The translations under genes were made by a program, and so were the position numbers. The notes beneath the pieces are model-generated. The model saw only the letters and a program-made list of their open reading frames with translations, made no database searches and was not told the DNA's origin. DNA of 64,000 nt from a virus (Duplodnaviria > Heunggongvirae > Uroviricota > Caudoviricetes): IMG/VR virus record IMGVR_UViG_3300021140_000485; one strand, 5' to 3'. Below, piece by piece: positions 35,556 to 46,020 of this stretch. How positions within the stretch are numbered: position 1 is the first letter of the stretch; each line of letters starts with the position of its first letter.

Positions 35556-36341
35556 TTACGAAACAATTTTTAAATTATCAAAATTTTCTAACTTTTCTTT
35601 TGGGACACTTTGAAGAATATATGAAAGAAGTTTTCTTTTCGCCATTGGGATAAGCGTCTCTTCAAAAGGGAAATGTTGTCTTGATTGAAACTCAAACACA
35701 GGTAATTTACTTTGGTACACGTCTTGTTTCCAATTTGTAGATTCATTAATTATTTGATTAACTGTTCTACCATCAGTAACTCCTGAAAAAATAGACTCAA
35801 GATGTAATTTAGAGTCTTTTGACTTTTTTATCTTTCTTATTGAGTACTCCCAAATGTATAACTCTTTTTCAGGTTTACGAGTATAAACTAAGTACCCATA
35901 ACCTTTGTGTAAGTAGTTCTTATTTTTTTTATGTTGTATATCTGTAGATTCGTAAACAATAGACCATATGGATTTACCAATACTGAAAACATCCATAAGT
36001 TTTGAGTTTGAGTAATATAAAGTTTTCTTTAATTCTAAACTTTGGTCTTCATTTAGATTAGGTAATTTTTTTGGGTATAATTCTTTCAATAGAATTTCAT
36101 CATCACAAGTTTCGAATTTTTTATTCGTAAGTAATAATGTATTTTCTCGATTAATTGATTGGACATTAGCTAAATGAAGTGAAATCTCGACAAAATCAGG
36201 GTATATCTTATAATCGTCAAAACTACTCTCACATTTTTGTATGTAATCTAATAGCGTATATTTGTTATACTCAAAATCTATTGGTTCCTGAAACATCCAT
36301 TCAGGACTCAACTTAAATTGTGTTTTTCTCTTTCTTCCCAT
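35556..36341 (-). CDS. Hypothetical protein.
   Basis: 261-aa ORF. Confidence 0.5.
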   Translation of the reverse strand: MGRKRKTQFKLSPEWMFQEPIDFEYNKYTLLDYIQKCESSFDDYKIYPDFVEISLHLANVQSINRENTLLLTNKKFETCDDEILLKELYPKKLPNLNEDQSLELKKTLYYSNSKLMDVFSIGKSIWSIVYESTDIQHKKNKNYLHKGYGYLVYTRKPEKELYIWEYSIRKIKKSKDSKLHLESIFSGVTDGRTVNQIINESTNWKQDVYQSKLPVFEFQSRQHFPFEETLIPMAKRKLLSYILQSVPKEKLENFDNLKIVS

Positions 36342-36371
36342 TTACTAAATGATAATTAAAAAGAAAATTTA

Positions 36372-38123
36372 TTAAAGTTTTATAATGTAATAAGTCTCTC
36401 CTTGGACGGTCTCTTCGTGAACCGCCCCATCATTGTGTGACATCATATCATAACTCTCATTATCGATAACAGTATCTATAAATTTTTCCTTATCAATAAA
36501 ATCATCTAATTCTAATCCGTAATCCTCCGCGTATCCAGTTGGGTTGTATCTAACTTCATCCAACTTACTTTCAATCATATTTTCAATATCATCGTCTGAA
36601 AAATCACCTTCAGGATTTTCTTCTATTTCTTCTTTTTGTTCTTCTAATTCAGTAATATAGTCTTCCAATTGACTAATTCTATCGTCAATTTTATCAACCT
36701 TATCTTCATCATCAATCCCATATTTAATTTTTTCAAGTCTTTCTATCTCCCTTTGTGTTTGTAAAACTCTAGCGTCAATAATTTTAATAGTTTCAACTTG
36801 TTTTGAATCTAATTGTCTTTGGGAATCGTCTAAATAAGCATCAGGCTCTTGGTAAACGTCCTGATTGAAATAATCATCAAACCAATTAAGTATTTCATCC
36901 TCATTAACCGCATTATCCTTAACCCAACTAGCAAACCCATCATACCCTTCAGTATCAACCATATCCTCAACATACTCTCTCAACGCATCATCCATCTCCG
37001 TCTCGGTACCCACAGTATATTCATCACCATATAGTTCAGTTGCAAATTTTTGCATTCCATAGTGTTGGGATTCCAAAGGTATTAAATCGTAAACGTCTTT
37101 ATATTCTTTAAACTCATCTAACTCTTCTTCTAATTGTTCAATCTGAGATAATAAATCATACCTTACAGTATCAGAATTTTCATATTCTTCTTGAAGTTCA
37201 CTTATTCTTTCTAAAATATCCGTTCTTCTTTCTTCATCATCTTCACTCATAGATTCGATTTCTCCCTCTGAAACCAAATAATCAAAAAGTGCGTGTGCCA
37301 TCAATCCTATAGTTGGGCAATCAGGACCTAACTCCCACTCTTTATCAATTCTTCGTTCATTTGCTTCTTCCATAGACAATCTTTTTTCTTGAGCAATCCT
37401 TTTTTCTTGTTCTTTTTTATCAATATCAGTCTTTGTTATGTAGTAATCTAAATTACTCATTTTGTCTTCATATTTTCTCTCAAGAAAACTAATAATAAAC
37501 GAATACACAACATTAAAGTTTGGTATAGAATTTAAAACATCCTCCATACCAACTCTCACATTTTTAACATAAAAATAAGGTTTGGAGTTTCTAACAAAAA
37601 CAATTGTTATTTTTTCCTCAGGATTATTTTTATTAATTAAATAGACAATTTTTTTGTCCCCATATTCCCCATATGTTATGTTAAACGAGTTTTCACTACT
37701 AACGTCGACACATCCTACAGAATCTTTACCATAATAACAAGCGCCTGATTGGGTAGATGGTGAAACAATCAATAATTTATCATCTTCAAATATTATGGAC
37801 TTGTTATTGGTAGTGGTCATATTGTTTAGATATTGACCGGTAAAACTATCTATTTGGTTTTTTAAATCTTCATATGAACCAAACTTATTAATGTCAGTTG
37901 TTTGTAAAACACCTTTAAGTCTTTCAAATTTCTGTGTCAAATCAATAATATTAATTAAGTTAATATTATCCCCTTCTTCAGGGAATTTGTTTGCAACCCA
38001 ATCCCAATACTCAGGTTGGATGTATTTTACTATTGACGATAAGAGTGGTAAACTCAGTTTGTCCTTATATTTTGTTGTAAAATCAGACTTACTTTGTTCT
38101 TTTAATAACTTACGGATTGACAT
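36372..38123 (-). CDS. Large acidic hypothetical protein (Asp/Glu-rich C-terminal half).
   Basis: 583-aa ORF. Confidence 0.6.
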   Translation of the reverse strand: MSIRKLLKEQSKSDFTTKYKDKLSLPLLSSIVKYIQPEYWDWVANKFPEEGDNINLINIIDLTQKFERLKGVLQTTDINKFGSYEDLKNQIDSFTGQYLNNMTTTNNKSIIFEDDKLLIVSPSTQSGACYYGKDSVGCVDVSSENSFNITYGEYGDKKIVYLINKNNPEEKITIVFVRNSKPYFYVKNVRVGMEDVLNSIPNFNVVYSFIISFLERKYEDKMSNLDYYITKTDIDKKEQEKRIAQEKRLSMEEANERRIDKEWELGPDCPTIGLMAHALFDYLVSEGEIESMSEDDEERRTDILERISELQEEYENSDTVRYDLLSQIEQLEEELDEFKEYKDVYDLIPLESQHYGMQKFATELYGDEYTVGTETEMDDALREYVEDMVDTEGYDGFASWVKDNAVNEDEILNWFDDYFNQDVYQEPDAYLDDSQRQLDSKQVETIKIIDARVLQTQREIERLEKIKYGIDDEDKVDKIDDRISQLEDYITELEEQKEEIEENPEGDFSDDDIENMIESKLDEVRYNPTGYAEDYGLELDDFIDKEKFIDTVIDNESYDMMSHNDGAVHEETVQGETYYIIKL

Positions 38124-38210
38124 TATTTTTTATTTGATAAATACTTTGATTGATTTATATTTCTACAAGTTTACTATTTATATGTAATAAAACTCCAATA
38201 CTACAAAATT

Positions 38211-38363
38211 ATGGGATGTGGTTGTAAAAACAAAGCAAACAACAGTACTAACACTCAATCAAGTCAACAACAGACTCAAGCAACCGCTCAAAGAGCTCAG
38301 TATGTTCAAGAGACTGTTAAAGATGCCATTAAGAAAACAGTTGAGAAATATTACAAACGTTAA
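38211..38363 (+). CDS. Small protein (50 aa) 'MGCGCKNKANNSTNTQ...', with its own terminator.
   Basis: Manual translation. A perfect hairpin plus T-run follows the stop after 27 nt. Confidence 0.4.
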   Translation: MGCGCKNKANNSTNTQSSQQQTQATAQRAQYVQETVKDAIKKTVEKYYKR

Positions 38364-38389
38364 GTTGTAATATGTTAGTAAAATTAAAA

Positions 38390-38414
38390 GGGTGAAGAAA
38401 TTCACCCTTTTTTT
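38390..38414 (+). terminator. Intrinsic terminator (GGGTGAA-gaaa-TTCACCC followed by a T-run).
   Basis: Perfect 7-bp stem. Confidence 0.7.
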
Positions 38415-38424
38415 ATATTTATAA

Positions 38425-39447
38425 GTGATGACAGGGAAATTACAAAGATTAATCGACGATGTTAATAATGGTAAATTTGATATTATCAAAGATTTTTTTG
38501 GTGATATGGAAACTTTTTTGGACTATCTTGGTAAAAAAGGTTTGATACACGAATTAGACCTTATTAACAACGAAGAAGAATTCGAATATGAAGTTAACAA
38601 AATAGCCCTCGCAATTAAAGAACATAATCCCGAAAAATTTAGAGAATATGTTTTATCTTCATTAAGTGATGTTACTTATGAAAATGGTGAATACTATGTG
38701 ACTTTGAATGATAAAAGTAGACTCGCGTATCTTTTTTGTGATGATAGAAGAAATGGTATGTCTCAATCAACAATATCAGAGATACTAGATGGTGAATGGG
38801 ATTTTGATTTTTGGGATACTACCGATAATGTTTATAGGGATGTTATTCAAGAACTAAATAAGGATAATCTTACTTATTTATCAAAAAAAATAAGTAACGA
38901 ATTATCTGACGTTAAGGTAGAACCTGAAACAGAATTGTTAGAAGAAATTGCCGAGGAACAAGGTCATCCTGAATATGTAACCTTAACCCCCGAGTTGATT
39001 CACGACAGAATATTCAATGATGAGGATTCAACAGAAAGTATTTTGAATGAAACCGAAAACATTAAATCAGATTTACACTCATTACATAACAGAGCATATG
39101 CAAATGCTTATGAAGATGAGGTGTATAGTGGTATAATGGATGAACTTGAAACATTTTTTGATATGCGCCATTCTGATTGGATAACAGTTCCAAGTAGTGT
39201 AAACCCAAACAAATCTTATACCTATTTCAAAGTTAAAATAAATAATTTTGATTCAGAGATTTCCGATTACCTTAATAACGCGAAGAATCATAATGAACCA
39301 TTAAGTAATTATGGTGACTATCTTAGTATTTTGAGTGAAAATATTAGTTATGGTAGTGCCAATTGTTTGGTATATTACACGCCTGATTATGCGGATTGGC
39401 CAAAAACAAAAGAAAATATTAACGAACTTTTTGGTGACTATTTTTAA
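38425..39447 (+). CDS. Acidic hypothetical protein.
   Basis: 340-aa ORF. Confidence 0.55.
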   Translation: MMTGKLQRLIDDVNNGKFDIIKDFFGDMETFLDYLGKKGLIHELDLINNEEEFEYEVNKIALAIKEHNPEKFREYVLSSLSDVTYENGEYYVTLNDKSRLAYLFCDDRRNGMSQSTISEILDGEWDFDFWDTTDNVYRDVIQELNKDNLTYLSKKISNELSDVKVEPETELLEEIAEEQGHPEYVTLTPELIHDRIFNDEDSTESILNETENIKSDLHSLHNRAYANAYEDEVYSGIMDELETFFDMRHSDWITVPSSVNPNKSYTYFKVKINNFDSEISDYLNNAKNHNEPLSNYGDYLSILSENISYGSANCLVYYTPDYADWPKTKENINELFGDYF

Positions 39448-42400
39448 ATAATCCCCTTTAGTTTAGCTTTATCCAAAACTTTTTTAGCTCTCTCTTCAAG
39501 AGATGTTATTCTAACCTCTTGTTCTTTTAACGCTTCAATGTTAACGGCAATCATTTCTTTATAATTCATTGTTAACACTTTACCTTCAGTATAAATAACT
39601 TCAGGAACATAAGGCAAAACTTCTTGAGCAATAAATCCAATAGCTTTTTTGTCATTAGAACTATATTCTTTACCTCTCCATTTAAATGTGACACCTCTAA
39701 TACTTAATATCTTATTTAGAGCATCACCGATAGGTTTAACATCTTTTTTCAGTCTTTCATCTGAAGGACCTGTTGGTCCTTGTGGACCTTGAGCTCCTTG
39801 TGCTCCGAATGTTGAACTAGCACCTCCTTGAGCCCCTGGTGCTCCTTGTGCCCCTGTTGGACCTGGTGTTGCAGAACCTTGAGCACCTGTTGGTCCTTTA
39901 AGACCTGTAGGTCCTTGTGCACCGACGGCTCCCTCAAAACCTTGTGAACCTTGAGCTCCTTGAGCCCCTGTTGCACCTTGTGCACCTTGTGGTCCATTAG
40001 GAGACGTTGGCCCTTGAGCCCCTTGAGCTCCTTGAGCTCCAATAGCACCTGAATTTCCTTGAGCGCCTTGAGCACCTTGAGCGCCGGCTGTACCTGAACC
40101 TTGAGCACCTTGAGGTCCTGTTGGTCCTGTTGCACCTTGAGGTCCTGTTGGTCCTGTTGCACCTTGAGCACCTTGAAATCCTTGACCCCCTGTAGGTCCT
40201 ACGGCTCCTTGTGAACCTTGAGCCCCTTGAGGTCCTGTTGGTCCTGTTGCACCTTGAGCTCCTTGAGCTCCAACAGGTCCTTGAGCACCTGTGGCTCCTT
40301 GGAATCCCTGCTGACCATTAGGTCCTATTCCACCTACGTCCCCTTGAGCACCTTGCGCTCCTTGGAATCCTTGTCCTCCTGTTGCTCCTTGAGACCCTTG
40401 AGCACCTGTTCCTCCTTGAGCTCCCTGAAAACCTTGTCCTCCTTGCGCCCCTTGTGGACCTTGAGCTCCTGTGGCACCTTGAGCACCTTGAGCTCCCTGC
40501 CCACCTTGCGCTCCTTGTGGACCTATTGCTCCTTGGAAACCTTGTGCTCCTTGAAAACCTTGTCCTCCTTGAGCCCCTTGAGTTCCTGTTGCTCCTTGAG
40601 CACCTTGAGCCCCTTGTGCTCCCTGTCCTCCTGTTGCGCCTTGAGCTCCTTGTGCTCCTTGTCCTCCTGTTGCTCCTTGGACTCCTTGTCCACCTGTTGC
40701 TCCTTGCGCACCTTGGTTACCAACAGCACCTTGAGCTCCTTGGAAACCTTGAGCCCCCTGACCTCCTTGTGCACCTTGTACTCCAACAGCACCTTGAGCC
40801 CCTTGTGCTCCTTGGAAACCTTGTCCTCCTTGAGCACCTTGAGTACCTGATATACCTACAGAACCTTGAGAACCTTGAGCCCCTTGTCCTCCTTGAGCAC
40901 CTTGAGTTCCTGATACACCTTGAGCTCCTTGAGCCCCTTGGAAACCTTGACCTCCTTGAGCACCTTGAGTTCCTGTTGTACCTTGAGCCCCTTGAGCTCC
41001 TTGAAAACCTTGTCCTCCTTGAGCTCCTTGGGTTCCTGTTGCTCCTTGAGCTCCTTGAGCTCCTTGAGCTCCTTGGAAACCTTGAGCACCTTGGGTTCCT
41101 GTTGCACCTTGAGCCCCTTGAGCTCCTTGGAAACCTTGACCTCCTTGAGCCCCTTGGGTTCCTGTCGCTCCTTGTGCACCTTGAGCTCCTTGTGCTCCCT
41201 GTCCACCCTGAGCACCCTGAGTTGCTGTCGCTCCTTGCGCTCCTTGAGCTCCTTGAGCTCCTTGACCACCTTGAGCACCTTGGTTACCAACTGCCCCTTG
41301 TGAACCTTGAGCCCCTTGTGCTCCTTGTCCACCTTGGGCTCCCTGATTACCTTTAGCCCCTTGAGCTCCTTGCGCCCCTTGGGCTCCTTGACCACCTTGA
41401 GCACCTTGGTTACCAACTGCCCCTTGTGAACCTTGAGCCCCTTGCGCTCCTTGTCCACCTTGCGCTCCTTGTCCACCTTGAGCACCTTGAGCCCCTTGTG
41501 CTCCTTGAGCACCTTGTCCTCCTTGAGCACCTTGTGTTCCCGTTGCACCTTGAGCACCTTGAGCTCCTTGGAAACCTTGTCCACCTTGAGCACCCTGTGT
41601 TCCTGTTGCTCCTTGAGCCCCTTGTGCTCCTTGGGCTCCTTGTCCACCTTGAGCACCCTGTGTTCCTGTTGCACCTTGAGCACCTTGTGCTCCTTGGGCT
41701 CCTTGTCCACCTTGGGCACCTTGGTTACCCTTTCCACCTTGAGCACCTTGTGCTCCTTGGGCCCCTTGTCCACCTTGAGCACCCTGATTACCTGTCGCAC
41801 CCTGAGCCCCTTGAGCTCCTTGAGCTCCCTGTCCACCTTGTGCACCTTGGTTACCAACCGCTCCTTGTGAACCTTGAGCTCCTTGAGCTCCTTGTCCTCC
41901 TTGGGCGCCTTGGTTACCAACCGCTCCTTGTGAACCTTGAGCTCCTTGAGCACCTTGTCCACCTTGAGCACCTTGATTACCTTTTCCACCTTGAGCGCCT
42001 TGAGCTCCTTGAGCTCCTTGTCCTCCTTGGGCACCTTGGTTACCAACCGCTCCTTGTGAACCTTGAGCTCCTTGAGCTCCTTGTCCACCTTGAGCGCCTT
42101 GATTACCTTTTCCACCTTGGGCGCCTTGAGCACCTTGAGCACCTTGTCCTCCTTGAGCCCCTTGGTTACCTGTTGCCCCTTGAGCTCCTTGTGCGCCTTG
42201 TGAACCTTGCCCTCCTGTTGCTCCTTGGGAACCTTGAGCTCCTTGGGCTCCTTGACTACCAACCGCTCCTTGAGCACCTTGGTTACCAGTATTACCCTGA
42301 GCACCTTGTCCTCCTTGGGCACCTTGATTACCTTGAGCGCCTTGTGGTCCAGCATTTACATTACCTTTCCATCCGGTAGAGTCTATTATTAATCCGTAAT

Positions 42401-42602
42401 TGTTTGTAACTGTATTAGCACTTAAATTTGTATTTTGTACTTGGAATATAGGTGCTGTCTTGGCAATTTTTAGATATGTTGTTGTTTGATTTACAACATA
42501 ATTCAATGTAGAACTAGAATATACCAAATCACTTCGAGTATTCCCCGAATCATAAAATTGTATTGTTATACTTGCAGGTACTATTATTATATTCTCAGCC
42601 AC
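39444..42602 (-). CDS. Collagen-like (Gly-X-Gln triplet) fibre protein with a C-terminal intramolecular-chaperone / peptidase S74 domain. Candidate tail fibre.
   Basis: About 290 uninterrupted G-x-Q triplets. The C-terminus '[12 protein letters not shown]....FKWR......GFIAQEV' matches the SDxRLK auto-cleaving chaperone signature. The N-terminal roughly 90 aa is non-repetitive. Confidence 0.85.
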   Translation of the reverse strand: MAENIIIVPASITIQFYDSGNTRSDLVYSSSTLNYVVNQTTTYLKIAKTAPIFQVQNTNLSANTVTNNYGLIIDSTGWKGNVNAGPQGAQGNQGAQGGQGAQGNTGNQGAQGAVGSQGAQGAQGSQGATGGQGSQGAQGAQGATGNQGAQGGQGAQGAQGAQGGKGNQGAQGGQGAQGAQGSQGAVGNQGAQGGQGAQGAQGAQGGKGNQGAQGGQGAQGAQGSQGAVGNQGAQGGQGAQGAQGSQGAVGNQGAQGGQGAQGAQGAQGATGNQGAQGGQGAQGAQGAQGGKGNQGAQGGQGAQGAQGAQGATGTQGAQGGQGAQGAQGAQGATGTQGAQGGQGFQGAQGAQGATGTQGAQGGQGAQGAQGAQGAQGGQGAQGGQGAQGAQGSQGAVGNQGAQGGQGAQGAQGAQGAKGNQGAQGGQGAQGAQGSQGAVGNQGAQGGQGAQGAQGAQGATATQGAQGGQGAQGAQGAQGATGTQGAQGGQGFQGAQGAQGATGTQGAQGFQGAQGAQGAQGATGTQGAQGGQGFQGAQGAQGTTGTQGAQGGQGFQGAQGAQGVSGTQGAQGGQGAQGSQGSVGISGTQGAQGGQGFQGAQGAQGAVGVQGAQGGQGAQGFQGAQGAVGNQGAQGATGGQGVQGATGGQGAQGAQGATGGQGAQGAQGAQGATGTQGAQGGQGFQGAQGFQGAIGPQGAQGGQGAQGAQGATGAQGPQGAQGGQGFQGAQGGTGAQGSQGATGGQGFQGAQGAQGDVGGIGPNGQQGFQGATGAQGPVGAQGAQGATGPTGPQGAQGSQGAVGPTGGQGFQGAQGATGPTGPQGATGPTGPQGAQGSGTAGAQGAQGAQGNSGAIGAQGAQGAQGPTSPNGPQGAQGATGAQGAQGSQGFEGAVGAQGPTGLKGPTGAQGSATPGPTGAQGAPGAQGGASSTFGAQGAQGPQGPTGPSDERLKKDVKPIGDALNKILSIRGVTFKWRGKEYSSNDKKAIGFIAQEVLPYVPEVIYTEGKVLTMNYKEMIAVNIEALKEQEVRITSLEERAKKVLDKAKLKGII

Positions 42603-45600
42603 GTAATTTTTCTTCTAATTCAGTTAATGATGTTTTAAGGACATCCATTCTTTTTTGATTTTCTTTTACAAAAGATACTCCAAGAGTAACAAGTAGTTCA
42701 TACTGTAAAGATTTATAACCAAACTTATCTTCCCAAACAATTTCAGGAAAATATTTTTCAACTTGTTGGGCGATAAAACCTATACTTCGTTTTTTAAGTA
42801 AATACTTTTCATTGTCTTTATACAATGAAAGTTGTGGTATATTTTCAACCCAATCAAAAGATACACCATTCATATTAACAACATCAATAGCTCTATCAAA
42901 TTTCTTGATGTTTTCTTTCAATCTTCTATCTGAAGGTGGCCCTTGAGGTCCTTGAGCACCTTGTGCTCCTTGTGGTCCCGTTTTACCAGCATTACCTTGA
43001 GCACCTTGAGCACCTTGTGGTCCTGTAACACTAGCACCTTGAGCTCCTTGAGAACCAGTACCTCCTGCAGGTCCTGTTGCACCTTGAGCTCCTTGGACTC
43101 CTTGTGGACCTGTCCCACCTGTAACAGCTCCTTGAGCGCCTTGTGCTCCTTGTGCCCCTGCAGCTCCTTTTCCTCCTTGAGCACCTTGTGCTCCTGTGGA
43201 ACCCTGAGTTCCGGCCTTTCCTGTTGCACCTGTAGCACCTTTTGGTCCCGATGGTCCTTGAGCTCCTGTTGGTCCTTGAGGTCCTCTTGACCCTTGTACA
43301 CCTTGTCCTCCTGTCTGACCTGCAGCACCTTGAGCCCCCTGTGTCGCACCCGCAGGTCCTTTTGTTCCTCCCGCACCTTGAGCACCTGTAGGACCTGGAC
43401 CTCCTGTAGGACCTGTCGCTCCTTGAGACCCTTGAGAACCTTGAGCTCCAGCGGGTCCTTGAGCACCTTGTGTAACACTCGGATTCCCTTGTGGTCCTTG
43501 TGAACCTGTTGCTCCTGTGGCACCCTGAGCTCCTTGGGTACCTCCTTGAGCACCTGTGGCTCCTTGTGGGCCTTGAGGTCCTTTTGCTCCTTGAGCTCCT
43601 TGAGGACCTCCTTGAGCCCCTATCGGACCTTGGGCTCCTTGAGCTCCTGTAGCACCTGTTGCACCTTGAGTACCTCCTGTAGCACCTTGGAATCCCTGAG
43701 GTCCTGTAGCACCTGTAGCACCCTGAGCCCCTTGAGGTCCTCCTTGTGCACCAACAGGTCCTTGAGCACCTGTAGCACCTGTAGCACCTGGAGCCCCTTG
43801 CGGAGTACCTTGTGGTCCTTGAGCACCTTGAGCTCCTGTTGGTCCTGTAGAGCCTGTTGCTCCTTGGACCGCTCCTTGAGCACCTTGATTACCAACAGCA
43901 CCTGTTTGTCCAGTCGCACCTTGTGCCCCTTGAGCACCTTGAGGTCCTCCTGGATTTCCCTGAGCACCTTGGGCTCCTTGTCCACCTTGAGCACCCTGTG
44001 CACCTGTTGGTCCTCCCTGTGCACCTGTTGGTCCTTGAGCACCTTGGGCTCCTTGAGCACCTTGTCCTCCTTGTACACCTCCTTGAGAACCTGTTGGTCC
44101 TTGAGCTCCTGTCGCACCTGTGGCACCTGTCGCTCCTTGCGTTCCTCCTTGAGCACCTGTTGGTCCTTGAGCCCCTGTTGCACCTGTGGCTCCTGTAGCC
44201 CCTTGAGGTCCTCCTTGTGCACCAACAGGTCCTTGAGCTCCTGTAGCTCCTGTGGCTCCCGTCGCACCCTGAACTCCACCTTGAGCACCTGTTGGTCCTT
44301 GAGCTCCTGTAGCTCCTGTGGCCCCTGTTGCACCCTGAACTCCACCTTGAGCACCTGTAGGTCCTTGTGCACCTGTTGTTCCATTAGCACCCGTTGCCCC
44401 CTGAACTCCACCTTGAGCACCTGTTGGCCCTTGTGCACCTGTTGTTCCATTAGCACCTTGAGCCCCTTGAGGTCCTCCTTGTGCACCTGTTGGTCCTTGG
44501 GCACCTGTTGTACCTTGAGCACCTTGAGCTCCTTGAGAAGCTCCTTGTGCTCCTTGTGAACCAACGGCTCCTTGAGCACCTTGTGCTCCCTGATTTCCCT
44601 GAACTCCACCTTGTGCTCCTGTAGGTCCTTGGGCACCTGTTGTACCTTGAGCACCTTGAGCCCCTTGAGAAGCCCCTTGAGCTCCTTGTGAACCAACGGC
44701 TCCTTGTGCACCCTGTGCTCCCTGATTTCCCTGAACTCCACCTTGTGCTCCTGTAGGTCCTTGTGCACCTGTTGTACCAGCGGCACCTGTTGCCCCCTGA
44801 ACTCCACCTTGAGCACCTGTAGGTCCTTGTGCTCCTGTGGCACCTGTCGCACCTGTTGCCCCTTGGACACCTCCTTGAGCTCCCGTACTACCTTGAGCTC
44901 CTTGAGCACCTGTCGTACCCTGAGCACCCTGAGAAGCACCTTGTGCACCTTGTGAACCAACGGCTCCTTGAGCACCTTGTGCTCCCTGATTTCCTTGGAC
45001 ACCACCTTGAGCTCCCGTAGGTCCTTGGGCACCTGTCGTACCTTGAGCACCTTGAGCACCTTGTGATGCACCTTGAGCTCCTTGTGAACCAACGGCTCCT
45101 TGAGCACCTTGTGCTCCCTGATTTCCTTGGACACCACCTTGAGCACCTGTTGTCCCTTGAGCACCTTGAGCTCCTGTCGCCCCTGTCGCTCCTTGCGTTC
45201 CTCCTTGAGCGCCCGTACTACCTTGGGCACCTTGGGCACCTGTGGCTCCTGTCGCTCCTTGTGTTCCTCCTTGAGCACCTGTACTACCTTGAGCACCTTG
45301 TGCCCCTGTCGTACCTTGAGCACCTTGTGAACCTCCTTGAGCACCTTGTGAACCAACGGCTCCCTGAGCACCTTGGGCTCCTTGTCCTCCTTGTGTCCCA
45401 CCTTGAGCACCTGTACTACCTTGAGCACCTTGAGCACCTGTCGTACCTTGAGCACCTTGTGAACCTCCTTGAGCTCCTTGTGAACCAACGGCTCCTTGAG
45501 CACCTTGTGCTCCCTGATTTCCTTGGACACCACCTTGAGCACCTGCAATACCTTGAGCACCTTGTGCCCCTGTTGTTCCTTGCGCCCCTTGAGACGCTCC

Positions 45601-46017
45601 TTGAGCACCTTGTGCTCCTACTGCTCCTTGAGCACCAGTACTACCTTGTGCTCCTTGAGCTCCTGTACTACCACCCCCACCTTGAGCTCCCGTTGTTCCT
45701 TGTGCCCCAACATTTCCTTGAGCTCCTTGAGCACCTTTAATAGTTGTTTGTGGTCCAATCCATACACCGGCATTATTAATCATATTTTGACCACCAACCC
45801 ATAAACCTGATGGTGAACTTGATATTGTAACACCTGTAGTTGTTATGTCATTATTACTGAAAACTACTAATGATGGACTTGTTGTTGCAGAAAATTTGAC
45901 ATCACCCGGTGCAACCATATTAATTTGGATACTATCCGCAGCAGACGCCCCCTCGTATACTATATGAGGCGATGAGTTTCCTGTAGTTCCACTTGGATAT
46001 ATTATTACGTCTGCCAT
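42595..46017 (-). CDS. Collagen-like fibre protein paralogue 2 with a C-terminal S74 chaperone domain.
   Basis: Gly-X-Y repeats with periodic one-residue insertions ([12 protein letters not shown]). The C-terminus is '[12 protein letters not shown]...VSFDW...GFIAQQV'. Confidence 0.85.
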   Translation of the reverse strand: MADVIIYPSGTTGNSSPHIVYEGASAADSIQINMVAPGDVKFSATTSPSLVVFSNNDITTTGVTISSSPSGLWVGGQNMINNAGVWIGPQTTIKGAQGAQGNVGAQGTTGAQGGGGSTGAQGAQGSTGAQGAVGAQGAQGASQGAQGTTGAQGAQGIAGAQGGVQGNQGAQGAQGAVGSQGAQGGSQGAQGTTGAQGAQGSTGAQGGTQGGQGAQGAQGAVGSQGAQGGSQGAQGTTGAQGAQGSTGAQGGTQGATGATGAQGAQGSTGAQGGTQGATGATGAQGAQGTTGAQGGVQGNQGAQGAQGAVGSQGAQGASQGAQGAQGTTGAQGPTGAQGGVQGNQGAQGAQGAVGSQGAQGASQGAQGTTGAQGAQGSTGAQGGVQGATGATGATGAQGPTGAQGGVQGATGAAGTTGAQGPTGAQGGVQGNQGAQGAQGAVGSQGAQGASQGAQGAQGTTGAQGPTGAQGGVQGNQGAQGAQGAVGSQGAQGASQGAQGAQGTTGAQGPTGAQGGPQGAQGANGTTGAQGPTGAQGGVQGATGANGTTGAQGPTGAQGGVQGATGATGATGAQGPTGAQGGVQGATGATGATGAQGPVGAQGGPQGATGATGATGAQGPTGAQGGTQGATGATGATGAQGPTGSQGGVQGGQGAQGAQGAQGPTGAQGGPTGAQGAQGGQGAQGAQGNPGGPQGAQGAQGATGQTGAVGNQGAQGAVQGATGSTGPTGAQGAQGPQGTPQGAPGATGATGAQGPVGAQGGPQGAQGATGATGPQGFQGATGGTQGATGATGAQGAQGPIGAQGGPQGAQGAKGPQGPQGATGAQGGTQGAQGATGATGSQGPQGNPSVTQGAQGPAGAQGSQGSQGATGPTGGPGPTGAQGAGGTKGPAGATQGAQGAAGQTGGQGVQGSRGPQGPTGAQGPSGPKGATGATGKAGTQGSTGAQGAQGGKGAAGAQGAQGAQGAVTGGTGPQGVQGAQGATGPAGGTGSQGAQGASVTGPQGAQGAQGNAGKTGPQGAQGAQGPQGPPSDRRLKENIKKFDRAIDVVNMNGVSFDWVENIPQLSLYKDNEKYLLKKRSIGFIAQQVEKYFPEIVWEDKFGYKSLQYELLVTLGVSFVKENQKRMDVLKTSLTELEEKLRG

Positions 46018-46020
46018 ATA

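Noticed and set aside
35062-35566. Overlapping alternative ORFs 35062..35283(-), 35072..35254(+), 35363..35566(-) and 35453..35653(+).
   Set aside because: Each overlaps a co-located ORF in another frame. I kept the frames that tile without overlap (35120..35344, 35331..35546). The alternatives are Lys/Arg-run artefacts of the A-rich sequence.
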